In this document: piece after piece, positions 13,624 to 26,276 of the stretch
Numbering within the stretch: position 1 is the first letter of the stretch
How the letters are laid out: every line of letters begins with the position of its first letter
Assembly: GCA_024137785.1 (NCBI GenBank)
Contig: JAHRHZ010000218.1
Location: 10,005,624 to 10,069,623 of the forward strand
Length of the DNA stretch: 64,000 nt
Direction of reading: 5' to 3'
DNA from: Ginglymostoma cirratum
Lineage: Eukaryota
Translations under genes and position numbers: made by a program
Notes under the pieces: generated by a model
The model's input: the letters and a program-made list of their open reading frames with translations, nothing else
Databases searched by the model: none
What the model was told of the DNA's origin: nothing

Positions 13624-15714
13624 GGAGTGGAATTTATTGACTGACATGTTACAGGCATTGTTCTATGCCCAGCCTCATTGACGTTTTGGCTGATGTATTC
13701 TTCTGCTATAGCGCAATTTGAGGACCTCCTTAGCGTGACAGGAAATAATTAGAATGGAGAGATAGGTTGCTGTTTGATGAAACTGCCATTGGCCTGGACT
13801 AGTGATGAGGTGGGCCATTGAAAAGTGAAATGTTTCCATCCAATCTACGAAGACTGCTACGTTTAATAGCTGTGTGACATCTTGGGTGGAATCTTCCCAG
13901 GTCCTGAAAGACATGGGCTTGAGAAAGAGATTTGGGAGAATTGCGTGAGAAATCCACTGCAGTCATTCTTGACGTCAGGAGCAATATGCCACATTTTCCA
14001 AATAAGTTCTGGAAGCCAAGACAAAATTCTTCCATGTGCATGGCAAGAGGCCTATTAATAGGAATTATCACTCATTATCATCCCAATTACTACCTAATCT
14101 AATTTCAGTATTTATTGCACATGCCATTTCCATGATCCACCAGATATGAACCAGATGCTGAGAATTCCCAACATGAAAGTCTGAAAAGATAGCTGGCAAC
14201 CCCAATTCAACACTTGCTCCCTGGGCTTTCATCTTGGACACCTGGCATAACCAACATCTCAGGACGTGCTCCATGTGCAGTGGCCACGTGCACTTTATGT
14301 TCACAGATGCTGGCATTCAATACAAGCCAGACTGTTCGTTCCATCATAGTACATCCCTGTTCCGCTTACAATTCGTCTCTACTCTGTAATGCTACTCTTT
14401 CACTCGAATGCAGCTGTAAGGACACTTTACTAGCAGGGCAATAAACCCACCTCATAGATTGGACCAGGTTGCATCTCACAGCTGCTTACTTGCTTGCTCT
14501 CTTAGCACTCACTGACAACTGAGTGCCCTGCCCTGCTTTGCACTTTAGCACTTTACCCCACCAGCCAGAGCTAACAGGTACACAACGGTTCTGGCTTATC
14601 CTGCCTTTTAGTGCACGTGCAAAACCAGGAAGCTTGCCATGGCCATTAGCAGCCATCAGTCAAGGGATGGACTTGTTGCTGTTATGGCACTATTCCATAT
14701 CAATCTCTCACCTCTACTATGTGCTAGCAACCTACTCAACAAAAGCATTGCATGTGCATCAACCAAATGGTAATCCTTCACATCTATGGAGATTAGTCCT
14801 CAATCAAGGAAAGGAATATGACTGTCAGTCAGCGGGATTGGGTTCCTCTGTTCATCGTGGGTGAGGAGCCAAATCCTGGGTACCCCATCACCCATCATGG
14901 CTCTTCAACCCTAATGTGGGCTGTTTTCACTTAGAATGAGAGAAGGGGAGTGATTGAGTGACGTGAAAGTGTGTAACATGGTTGTTCATACTGGAGCAGG
15001 TGCAGAGGGTGGTGAGGTGACCTGAATGAGTGATCAGGCAACACAGACACCCCATGTAGGGTTAGTGGTATGAAAGGGATTGGGTGGTTAAGAGAGACTG
15101 AAGAAAGATATTGTATGCAATAGCAAGCATGGTATAACATAAGCCTTGGTGGGAGGTGGGTGCCATAGCATGCATAGAGTGAGGGTGAGGTAGCAAAAGG
15201 AAGATGGTGGCACTTCACCTGGCAGAGTGCAGAAAATAATTTACCTTCTTCCTACACTGCCTGGCATTCCTCCAGATGGCTGAAACTGCACTTACCCAAG
15301 TGGCAACCTTGAACCAGGCCAGCAGGATCTGGTGTTTGGCCTCCTTTTCCAGTCCTGGGGTAAGAGGATGTCCATCTCTCACCAGGGCCTCCAGGTCCCC
15401 GTCCACACAGTGGGGCACTAATTTCCCTTTTTGTGCTATGTCCTGGGCACATTTCAGAAAATGTGCATTCCAGACTAACAGTGCTTGACCAGGTGCACAT
15501 TGGTCAGTGCTAGGAATCCTGGGATATCCAGCAGTGGTAAGGACCTCCGGCTATGCTGAGTAGCAAAATCAGGCTAGCATCAAAAGAAAGGGGTGTGGTA
15601 GGCAGGAAGCGAGATAATTTTGGACCAATAGCGCAAGGAAACCGTTAAGCTTCACTGAGGAAAACCATCTATGAAACTCAACAAAAATTCGCTAAAATAT
15701 AGTAGGATTCAGCC
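13624..15714 (-). mobile_element. Degraded Harbinger/PIF-like transposon with a Myb/SANT-like DNA-binding remnant at 15215-15418
   Basis: ORF PHCVDGDLEALV...LAWFKVATWVSAVSAIWRNARQCRKKVNYF shows the W..VA..VS......R...QCRKK.N Myb/SANT (trihelix-like) signature. Weak candidate termini ggagtggaattt and aggattcagccc. Extent is approximate. Confidence 0.55.
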
Positions 15715-16004
15715 CAGATTTCTGTATTGCGGAATGTGTATTGAAAAATGAACATAATATTTTCATCCATCAGACATGTACCAAGTTTTTTTAGTTGCTA
15801 ATTGTATCTCTTGTTCACCTTTTCTTCCATTTAAACAAAGACCTTGACTGCTTTCTGGTTTCACAAACCATTGGGTTCCCAAGCACCCTGTGATAACTCA
15901 CTCAAGTGACTGTTTCTTAGGTCTAAGTCTCATTGTGTCAACAGCTGTTCACAACAACTCCAGTTTTCCCCATTTAACTGTATAATTCCATTGCTAGTGC
16001 AAAA

Positions 16005-16720
16005 ATTGGCAGACGGAATGTCATGTGCAAAAATGTGAGGATATGTACTTTGGCAGGAAGAATAGAAGAGGTAAAAAGTTACTATACAAGTTTAACAGAT
16101 AATAGGGAAGGGAAATAGAATGTTGGCTTTTATTTCAAAGGAAATGGTGTATAGAAATAAGGAATTCTATGCAAGGGACGAGACAAAACATACCTGGAAT
16201 ACTGTGAACAGTTTTGTCCCCTTATCTAAGATGTACTGGCATCGAAGGCAGTCCAGAGAATGTTCACAGGGTTGATCCCAGGCATGGAGGGATTTTCTTA
16301 TGAGAAAGGATTGAGTATCTTGGGTCTGTACACATTCGAGTTTAGAGAAGCGAGAATAGACCTTATTGAAACATGTAAGATTCTTAGTCGGCTTGACAAG
16401 GTAGATGCAGAGCGATTGTTTCCTCTTAATGGAGTGTCAAGATGCAGAGGGCAGAATAAAGATGGACGAGGTGGAATTTTTTTCTCCCAGAAGGTAGTGA
16501 ATATATGGAATTCTTTACCACAGAGGGCTGTCCAGGCTGCATCATTAAGTATATTTAAGGATGAGATTGACAGATTTTTAATCAATAAATCAATAATCAA
16601 TTAAGAGTTATTAGGAAAAGGCAGGAAAGTGGAGTTGAGGATTATCAGATCAGCTGTTATCTCATTAATGGCAGAGCAGACTAGATGGGCTGTATTGCTT
16701 ATTTCTGCTCTTCCGTCTTG
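16005..16720 (+). mobile_element. CR1 LINE 3' fragment
   Basis: ORF 16260-16604 (LIPGMEGFSYEKGLSILGLY...DLIETCKIL...FFSQKVVNIWNSLPQRAV...FKDEIDRFL) is the CR1 ORF2 C-terminus. Confidence 0.88.
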
Positions 16721-18384
16721 CAGAAATAGTGTGCCATTTACCTTTCCGAACCCAAAGATTGTAATGCCTCTCTCGCTGTGTAGCTGAGAACAACTACCTC
16801 AATACAAATTGGTTACGGAACATGCATCTTGTTTGCATGTTTCATTAAACCTCCTGGCAAAGAATTTCAACTCACAGCTGTCCAAATTTCAATTTACAAT
16901 TTGTGTAACTCCACTAAATTTAGTGTTTTGGTCTGTTAAGCTCGAGTTCTCCTGGTATTACACTGGAATTTATTTTAGTGCAAGTTGCTTTGAATCATTC
17001 AGCTCATGTTCCTGAAATAGGCACTAACCTCCATGAAAATGCAAATAATTAAGAAATATCAAAGTCAGGTACAAATGCCTGGAGTGTACAGCATGTATGC
17101 TGACCTTCGTGTACCAGAAAGGTGCTGAAAAGCAATTACATTAATTTTCAGTTTTTATTTTTAGGAGAAGCTATTTATACAAAAATGCTTGCTGGTCATT
17201 GATTTTCCACATAATAATGTCACTTCCTTTCCCCATCCTAAATCCTTCCCAATCTCAAAGGCCGTCCATAATGGTGAGTTGAAGCAGGGTGTTGCTTTGA
17301 TAACTGCAACTCATCAACAATACGTAAATAATACCCGGTGCCTATTTCACATCTGCAAAGCCACAGCAAACAGTCATTCGTTACTCAAACAAACTTTCCA
17401 CTCAACTTGGAACTTTGAATTAGAAAATTAATAGGAATCTAACAAGACATTAATTTAAGCAGAGATATGACAAAACCTATAGTGGCTGCAAATTTGAAGA
17501 AAAGCAAAACATTTTGGAAATGCACAGTTTTATCAGCTCCTTGACCTTCTCTTTAATAATAAGTGATGTGCTACGCATTTCCAGCTGTTTCTGTTTTTCC
17601 TCATGATGTCATTAATGATATGCAGAATGAACTAGATAGCATTTGAATCTGCAATATTGGTTTTGGAATGTGACAGAAGCTTCTCAGTTTGTTTGAGGAG
17701 TTGAAGTGCAAAGGAGTAGAAGTGAGAGCTCTCATGCACGTTATTAGATGATTAGAGATGAGGATTGAATATTCTCCTTTGCGATCCTGCCCACTTTGAC
17801 TAAGACTGTTTATGCCTCCCTCTGTAATCAGGATTTACCATCCCTTCAAGGATTGGCATGCTAGTTGTAAACAGTGACATGTTGAAGTGTTGACTTTTCT
17901 TCATGCCCACCCCAATTACCACTGCTTCCTGAGGCCATCTTGGGAAGGCTGGCAGTCCAGTATTCTCAGAAGTGTAAGTATCAATTCTGTTCCCTCATGA
18001 AGGAAACATGTCTTGTAGTGATTTTCACTGCTTCAGTTCAAGTTCCCATTTAGCTTACATGGGCATTGTTCAGTCCCTCGCCTTCAAAGTATAGCGACCA
18101 TCCCATCTGTAATGTGCTTCTTTCCCTTTAAGTGCCCAGTGTTATTTTGTTGAAATGGAAGTCCTGTAGTAGTGCCATCAAGATTTTGTGACTAAGCAAT
18201 GTTAAGAAGTCTGCTAGGACCTGCCCACACGTTTGGGATGAACTACTACTTAGGTTCTTGTCTGAGCATTGTCGTGTGGAAAACAATGCCATAATCAAAT
18301 TTTCATTATTTTCTGAGCATGTTACCCATTTAGTACAGCGTTTTCATTTGGTACTGCAGCAAGGGATGAGATGACTGACCGATT

Positions 18385-18775
18385 CAGGCTCTACACAGAA
18401 CACACCACATAGGCTGACATGCTAGTGTAGTGCTAAAGGAATGCTGGACTGTCACACATGCTGCCTTTCAGTTGGGACAAACATTCTGTACTCTGTCTCA
18501 GATGAAAGAGGATGATACTGTGGCAATACTTCAACAGAGAGCAGGGGAGTTTTCCCTAATGTCCTGATCAGTATTTATCCTTCAGCCAACATAAGTAACA
18601 CAGTTTTATTTGCTCATTATCACATTCCTGTTTATGCATATGGGACCTTAGTGTACGCAGTTGGCTGACATGTTTCTGACATTACATCACGTCAGAATTA
18701 TTTTGCTGGCTGTGAAATACTTTCGGATGTTCTGAGGTCATGTAAGATGCTACATAAATGCAGTTTTTCCTTTGT
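18385..18775 (+). mobile_element. DeuSINE-like (SacSINE1/AmnSINE1-related) element
   Basis: Deu-domain-like core gagcaggggagtttccctaatgtcctgatcagtatttatccttcagccaacat...ctcattatcacatt and tail ggatgttctgaggtcatgtaagatgctacataaatgca. Family assignment is from recalled consensus. Confidence 0.7.
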
Positions 18776-19996
18776 TTTGATGCCGCAGAAATTAATTCAA
18801 AGTAATCTATTCCTGTTGAATTCATACTTCTGTTCAGATGTGGAATTATTCAAATGTGTTGGAAGACGTGCAGTATTATTAAAAGTTTAAAGTTTCCTGA
18901 TGTGGGAACACAAGTGACAAATATTTAAAAAGTAAATTTAATTAATTCAGAATTGAAGGAAGGACAAAACTAAAATAAATAAATAATACCTAATTGAGTT
19001 TAATCTCACTGGTTTTGAAACATTGAATAGATTTCAAATCCTACTTTATGATATTAATCCAGTGAAATCTTTAAAGTTCTTGAAGTTCATTTCAGTAAAA
19101 TTTCTGTTTTATTTCACTTTGCCATGTCTTTAACTAAAGGCTAACTAAAACATACACCTTGGTTCCCAGTCAAAACACTTATAGTTGATTGCAGCATTTG
19201 ACCTTGATGCGAAGGAATCTAACGTTAACCATTCTGTTTTCACACACTTACTAAGTTATTTCCCTTAAATTGGTAAAGCACATGCTCCCAAACTGCTCAG
19301 CTTTCTTAGGAAATTATGTGGAGACTTTTCATGGTCAATTAAAGACTCACTTGGCTCCAAGTCACAGTTTTGGAATCCATGTTGTTTGTTATTTAACATC
19401 TGGAGATTGATACATTATTAGACTTTGGTGTGGATGTGTGGAGAGTGGTTGAAGTCAATGCAGGATAAACTAACCCTTCAATGAGGTTTGTAAACAAGCT
19501 CTTCTGCTATAAATGTAAAAGTAATAATTGAGTATTATCCTTTGTATTCAATTGAACTGAACAGGCATGTGTTAGATAGTTATAGTAATTAGTTCAGATT
19601 TTGAAGAAATACAGTCCTGAGCTATACAGTGATGGAAGTGTCTCCATTTGGTTTCTGGTCTTGGTTACATTAGTACATCTAGGACAACAGTTAGGATGGT
19701 TACAAATGGCCAGCATTAGAGAGAATGGAACATCAAGCCTAGTGCAGTGGCCCTTAGTTTGGGAGTATTGTGTGAACAGTAGGAAAACAAGAGTGGTATC
19801 CTGCTTATACTCGCATCTAGGCATTCATGATGAGCTGCCACTGAGTAGTTTCAAGAAGAACCTATATCTTTTACTTTTATTCTGAAACAGTTATTTTTCT
19901 TTTGACTTTGTTTACTTCACTTTACTGAAGCTGTTAAATGTAATTTAATCCTAACGCACCCACTGAAATTTTTTAAAATTATCTTCCCTCTAACAG

Positions 19997-20247
19997 CTAT
20001 AGCCTGGTTGGTGGCAACTCCCAATTTTCCATTAATCCATCTACTGGACAAATTATCACAAGTGCTCTGCTGAACAGAGAAAGCAAAGAAATGTACAGTC
20101 TTGTGGTGGTAGCTACCGATGGAGGCATACCTCAAGCCATGTCCAGTTCAGCCACCGTGTTTATAACCATTTCAGACATCAATGACAACCCTCCGAAATT
20201 TCGTCACTTCCCATATGTTACTCATATCCCATCACCAACAAATGCAG
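19997..20247 (+). CDS. FAT4: FAT4 internal coding exon (251 nt, cadherin repeat), phase 2 to phase 1
   Basis: Acceptor ttccctctaacag, donor cag|gtaaga. Translates YSLVGGNSQFSINPSTGQIITSALLNRESKEMYSLVVVATDGGIPQAMSSSATVFITISDINDNPPKFRHFPYVTHIPSPTNA. The phase fits both flanking exons. Confidence 0.94.
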
Positions 20248-21289
20248 GTAAGAAGTTTGTCAAAAGCATTCCAAGTGAAAAGGAAAATACTTTGGAAGTT
20301 GCCATATAGAAGGTGATGTCATCAGGACAGAGGAAACGAAAGATGAAAGATTGTCCTAGCAAGAAGTTGGGCGGGAGGAAATATAATCTAGGTCGCTGTG
20401 GGCATCAGCAGGCTAGTTATAGACAATGATGAGCAGACTACCCCAGAAATGGAAACGGATAAGTCAAAGAAAGCAAGGGAATAGGCACAGATTGACCACA
20501 TCAAAATAGTTTGTTCACATTTATCCAAATTAAGGAAAAATGAAACAAAATGTTCAAATTAACAGATATTACATATGAATGTAGAACAGATGACAAGAAA
20601 ATCTTGCAGAAGGTTGACTGTCCAATAAGTAATGAAAAGCAAATAAATACACAATAAGGATAAAGGAAATATAAATTGAGTGTAATGTTCAATTAATAAC
20701 TTTCAATGGAATTTTAATATACAAAGATATAGATACTGATTAAAACATATCCAATAACAGTTACAATGTACTATGTGTTGATGTATTAGTGCATACTAAA
20801 ACATCACATCTCCTGCTGTCATGTTTGCAATTGCCTCATAGCAAAGAATGGATGAAGTGTTTTGTGCTTTAAATCTATTCTGAATAACAAAACAGGATGA
20901 TTAAGTAGTGCATGTTTAATGTGCACTATCCTTCTTCAGTAATTTGTGCTTTCTGTTAGAGATTAAAAAGAGTTTAAATTGTTGGCTATCATCCAAATTA
21001 GTTTACTGTGATGTATTGTTGATAGATAACTATATATCAGTGGTATTACTGCAGAATTGCCTTCAGCTGAATGAAACTATTTTTAACTGTGAATCTGGCC
21101 TGCATATTTCATTTCAGCCAGATCACTAAATTAAAAGTACAATTTTGGAGCAAGAATTCAATAAACTGCTCACACCAGCTGTGAATAATATGTATTAAGC
21201 CCTTATTATTCTGAATGGGAACTGTAGAAATATTATGTCCTAACCTTTATTGCTGCCTGGGAATATAATTTTGATTTTCAACTACTGAT

Positions 21290-21700
21290 TTTTTACAGAA
21301 AGAACTTGTAATTATCTAACACTCTTCATGACTTTAGAATTTTCAAAAGCATATCATGGTAAAATATAAAGTACTCGAAGTATGGGCACAATTGAAGTAC
21401 ATCAAGGTCACAATTGCGATCATCAATCTTTTGTTTAATGATGTTGGTTGAGGAATAGATGTTGTGACACTATGAAATAAAAAAACCCATCTTCTTGTTC
21501 ATGTAATATTATGGGATCTTATATATCCGTCTGAGAAAGCAGAGGGAACATAAATTTAACGTCTCATCCAAAAGATTGCACTCACGCACGCAGTATTCCA
21601 CTGAAGTGCCATCCTAAGTTCCATATTTAAATTTCTGGAATGAAACTTTGAAGCAATAACATTCTAACTTATGATCAAGAATGTGACTACTGAACCAAGG
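21290..21700 (-). mobile_element. DeuSINE-like element, degraded
   Basis: The reverse complement resembles 18385-18775 and 59390-59760 (gatgttggttgaggaataga; atgggatcttatatatccgtctgagaaagcaga; tttaacgtctcatccaaaaga). Confidence 0.6.
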
Positions 21701-22961
21701 TTAACACCTGGTTACGTTATATTTATTTAATCCTTCAATATGGAAATCATCAAAAGTACAGAATATTGTATACATTAACGTCCAACATAATAAACAGAAT
21801 TTGAAGTGCAGAGTGAACTTTATCACATATAACTGAGACAGAATGGAGTGATTTCTACCAGCAGCAATCTCATTTCTTGGTTCTGCTGAACAAAAGGAGT
21901 GAATTTTACCGCTAGCATTTTCCTCCACCCTTTGGTGTGAATTTGTTAGGCGAACCCAGAATAACAAGCAGTGGGACGTTGGACATGATTTTCCTTGAGA
22001 GCATCAGTTAAGAAGTGGGAGGGAACCAGTTGCCATTGAGGCAGGCCAAATATTTGCAAAGGCATCAGTCTTCATGAAGTGACTGAAAGGGTATATCTGC
22101 TGTCTGTAGTTAGATCCTGTTTGTAACTTATTGCAGACAAACAAACATTGGCACCATGAGGCTGGGAACATTACAGACTGCTCACCTTGCTTTCTATGTG
22201 ATGTTATTGAATCCTCCACCACCTGGAGGAAATAGTAACTCGTACATCGGTATCCCCAAGTATACAGTTTATTGTTTATTACAGTCTCAGTTAATTATTC
22301 ATCTGCAATGAGAACACCACAAACTCTCATGGTTTTCAGTGTGTGACATTCACTTCTCAATATTGATTTCATTTAATTTAAATCACAGAACATTAATATT
22401 AAAAAAGCTTGAAGTTATATAAAATCAATATTGGTTATAAAATAGTTTGTACAGTGTGATGTCATATAAACCAGTTGACCTTTAATAATAACATGAAAAC
22501 ATTATTACCAATTTCATTAAATGCCTTTTAATAATTGCTCCTATTTATCTACAGTTCTCTAACATATGCACATTTCCATCAATCCTATGACCACAGGAAT
22601 GCATAGGACTAGCAAAGACAATGATGATCCACCTGAGCATAAGGGCAGAGGAAAAGAGAGTAGACAATTCTATACCATTTGTCAACTCTGTTCCATCAGT
22701 TAATACGATCATGTCTGATCAGAAATCTTCAATGCATTTTACACACACTATCCTCATTGGTAATCAAGAATCTATCAATCTCTACTTTAACTGTATTCAA
22801 AGACTGAGCTTCCATTGCCTTCTGGCATAAAGAATTCCAAAGATTCACCACCCTGTGAGTATAAAAAATTCTCTTCACCTTGGTCCTAAATGGCATCCTT
22901 TTTATTTTTAAATTGTGTTGCCTGGTCCTAGACTCCCCAACCAGGGAAAACATCTGCATCT

Positions 22962-23211
22962 GGCTCCATCCCCACCTCTGCGACTTGTCTGCCTCCTCTC
23001 CACCTATCCTCTCCTCTATCCATCCTCTATCCGCCTCCCCCCCCTCCCTATTTATTCCAGAACCCTCTTCCCCTCCCCCATTTCTGATGAAGGGTCTAGG
23101 CCCGAAACGTCAAGTTTTCCTGCTCCTATGATGCTGCTTGACCTGCTGTGTTCAATCAGCCCCACGCTTGTTATCTCGGATTCTCCAGCATCTGCATTAC
23201 CTTTTATCTCT
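22962..23211 (+). mobile_element. Penelope-type family A element: pyrimidine-rich leader, hammerhead motif and 3' tail, with a 15-bp TSD
   Basis: TSD aaaacatctgcatct at 22947-22961 and 23212-23226. Confidence 0.85.
23080..23115 (+). ncRNA. Putative minimal type-I hammerhead ribozyme (family A)
   Basis: attt CTGATGA a GGGT-ctag-GCCC GAAAC GTC aagt. The catalytic core is intact, stem II is 4 bp, stem III is the ACGU palindrome, the cleavage triplet is GUC, and stem I is AUUU/AAGU. Activity is not shown. Confidence 0.7.
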
Positions 23212-23542
23212 AAAACATCTGCATCTATCCTGTTATCCCTTAAGTATTTTGTAGGTTGCAATGAGATCACCTCTCATGTTTCAGACTCTGTAGAATGGAG
23301 GTTTAGTTTGCCAGTCTCTCTTCATAGGACAGTGCCTCTATCCAAGGAACAAGTGTAATGAATTTTCACTGCACATCTTCCTGTGGCAACAATATCTTCC
23401 CTGAGGTACAGAGACCAACACTGCACACACTACTCCATGTCTGGTCTAACCAAGCTTCTATGCAATTGAAGTAAGTCTTCACTACTCCTGTACTCAAATC
23501 CTCCTGTGTTAAAGGCAAATGTTCCATTAGCCTTCCCAACTT

Positions 23543-23829
23543 TGGTGGCTCTGTGGTGAGTACTGCTGCCTCACAGCACCAGGGACCCAGGTTCAATTCC
23601 ACCCTCGGGCAACTGTCTGTGTGGAATTTGCACATTCTCTCCATGTTTGCGTGGGTTTCCTCCAGGTGCTCCAGTTTCCTGTCACAGTCCAAAGATGTGC
23701 AGGCTGGGTGGATTGGCCATGGGAAATAATGCAGGGTCATAAGGATGGGTGGGATGCCATTTTGAGTGTTGGTGTGGACTCAATGGGCTGAATAACCTGC
23801 CTCCACACTGTAGGGATTCAATGATTCTA
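23543..23829 (+). mobile_element. tRNA-derived SINE (HE1/V-SINE-like)
   Basis: Same head (gcctcacagcaccagggacccaggttcaattcc), core and gtagggattc tail as 11244-11548. Confidence 0.87.
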
Positions 23830-24255
23830 AGATACTCTGCACATCTGTTCCTCCAGGCCAAAATGGATAACATTTTTCCACATATTCCATTTACTAAATT
23901 CTCACCCACTCATTAAACCTATCCAAAACCTCCTGAAACTACTTTATATCTTCCTCATAACAATCACTCCTGCTTAGGTTGTAATATATACAAACTTGGA
24001 AATATCACATTGGCCCCCATGCCCAAATCAGTAATATATTTTGAACAGCTATGATCCAAGTACTGATCTTTGCAATACCCGGCTAGTTACAGTCTACGAA
24101 GACAAGAATAACCCATTTAATCCTTAATGGTTTCTGTCTGTCAGGCAATCCTCAAACCAAAACAGTACAATACCTCCAATTCGATGTGTTTTCATTTTGC
24201 TAACCGATCTTATCGAGAGTCTTCTGAAAATTTAAGTATACTACATCCATAGACT

Positions 24256-24786
24256 AAACAAAAAAACCAAAGAACCGCAGATGCTGGAAATCAGACTGTT
24301 GACCCAGATAACTGTCCGAGGCCATGGCAGATGGTGGAATTTGAATTCAATAAAATATCTGGAATTACGAGTCAAATGATGCCTGTGAATCCGCTGCCAG
24401 TTGTCAGGAAAAACCCATCTGATTCACTAATCTCCTTTAGGGAAGGAATCTGCCATCCTTACCTTGTCTGGCCTACATGTGACTCCAGATTCACAGCAAT
24501 GTGGTTGAACTGCCCTCTGAGCAATTAGGGGTGGGCAATAAATGCTCCCTAGCCAGTGATGCCCTCATCCCGTTAATGAATAAAGAAACAAAATCAGAAA
24601 TTGCTGAAAAAACTCAGCAGGTGTGGCAGCATCTGTGGAGAGAAAGCAGAGTTAATGTTTCGGGTCTAGTGAACCTTCTTCAAGGAGGTTCTGAAGAAGG
24701 GTCACTGAGCCTGAAAGGTTAACTCTGCTTTCTCTCCACAGATGCTACCACACCTGCTGAATTTTTCCAGCAATTTTTAATTTTGT
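24256..24786 (-). mobile_element. Penelope-type family B fold-back element (about 95-bp inverted arms at 24587-24787) with a 14-bp TSD and a nested SINE
   Basis: TSD tacatccatagact at 24242-24255 and 24787-24800. Arms aacaaaatcagaaattgctg...gagaaagcagagttaa and ttaactctgctttctc...cagcaatttttaattttgtt. A degenerate hammerhead core is present in each arm. Confidence 0.85.
24296..24586 (+). mobile_element. 5'-truncated SINE with a LINE-derived tail, nested in the family B element
   Basis: cccatctgattcactaatctcctttagggaagga...gcaattaggggtgggcaataaatgct...aatgaataaa. A reverse-complement relative lies at 41625-41920, and the tail resembles the LINE ends at 12500-12562 and 31610-31680. Confidence 0.7.
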
Positions 24787-26276
24787 TACATCCATAGACT
24801 CCTCCTTGTAAAGTTTGTTAATAACATCCTCAAAAAATTCCAGCAAATTTGTCAATCATGATTTTCTATTTGCAAATCTATGCTGACTGTGCCCAGTCAG
24901 ATCATTTTCATTTAGTGACCATTTATCACATCCTTCATCATGGACTAAATTATTCCCCCTACTGCTGATGCGAGGTTGATCAGTTGTGCTTCCCTGTTTT
25001 CTCCTTTCTTAAATAGTGGGGTGATATTTGCTGGCTTCCAATCTGCAGGAATATTCCAAATTCCAATGTTCATCCACTGTTTATTCCAATGCAAATCCAG
25101 TGTTTAGTAAATATATCCCATAATACCAGTCATCAGCTTTCTCATGGACTGTTATTCAAAATATGCTAGCTAGTGAGGCTTACTTTTTAATCAACTGTAT
25201 GTCATGAGATATCAGATTGTAGCTAGCTAGCATGAAACTAGCGACACCAGACGCCATGAAAGGAGCTTAATTTTCCATTGCAGTCATGAACCCGGTATGC
25301 TATACACTTAATTCTCATGGCAAATCTTAACATTTTTAAAGAACAATATACTATTTTGCCTTGTTAGACTATTTTTCATTGGCATTGTTATCTCCATCTT
25401 ATGGTTGTACAGATCACTAAAGTTTTGATGTGAAGGTTAGAATCATTAAAGCAAAGTATTTATAATTCATCACTGGAATGTCTCATCTTAAATGTCCAAT
25501 CAGATGAGATTCTAATTTCCATTTCGTAAGGAAATGAATGCACCCACATGTGATTTTAACATGTGTTATTCAACAATTGATTTTATGCCCATCTTGTTAA
25601 TTGAAAGCATGCTGGCTTTTTACAGGTACTGACCACATTGTCATAGTTATCACTGTTTACAGTTAGGATTTAAGAGTAAAAATGTGGGATGAATTTATTC
25701 TGCTCAGAATGGTTTCATACCAATAATTCTGAATTTGGAAAATGTCAACCTAAATTTCTGTTACATATACTGATAGACCTCCCTTCTATTTATAGCCTTT
25801 GTTCACTGAGCATTGTCATAATGGTTTTACAAAGTCGTTGATTGTTTGAAAAGTAATTCAAGTCTCCAAAGGCTTTATGTCTATTATGTTTATAAACCAA
25901 GATTTTCTCAGTCCATAGTCAGACCACAAACTCAATCAGTGCAATGATAATCGACTTTTTCCAAACCCTACTCTTTGGACTTGGGTATTTTGCATTGGTG
26001 TGCCACGTAATGCAATGAGTGACAAGCATATAAGACCAAGAATGTAAGCAAATGGTGATATAATTTTGCTAAAGATTACTATATTGTGACATTATTCACT
26101 AGTTCCATTCATGCAAATGCTCGTGACTGGAAACAGCTGATATTGGCTGTTGAGATTCAGATCATTTTCCAATTAGAAACATCTGATAGGATTGCTTTAT
26201 CTTTTAAATGCTTTTTAACATAACTATGTATCAATTAACAGACTCCTAATGTCTTCCCTGTTTGTACTATACACAG

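Larger units (their letters stand above)
22585..25065 (-). mobile_element. CR1 LINE remnant (RT to 3' end) carrying several nested insertions
   Basis: ORF 22729-22959 (MFSLVGESRTRQHNLKIK...RVVNLWNSL...KVEIDRFL). CR1 RT-like sequence resumes at 23212-23540, 23830-24255 and 24800-25065. Confidence 0.8.

Noticed and set aside
17480-17600. Very old family B-like fold-back (also 51050-51190)
   Set aside because: Only the terminal motifs (gaaatgc / gcatttcc...ttctgttttt) are suggestive. It is too decayed to support by eye.
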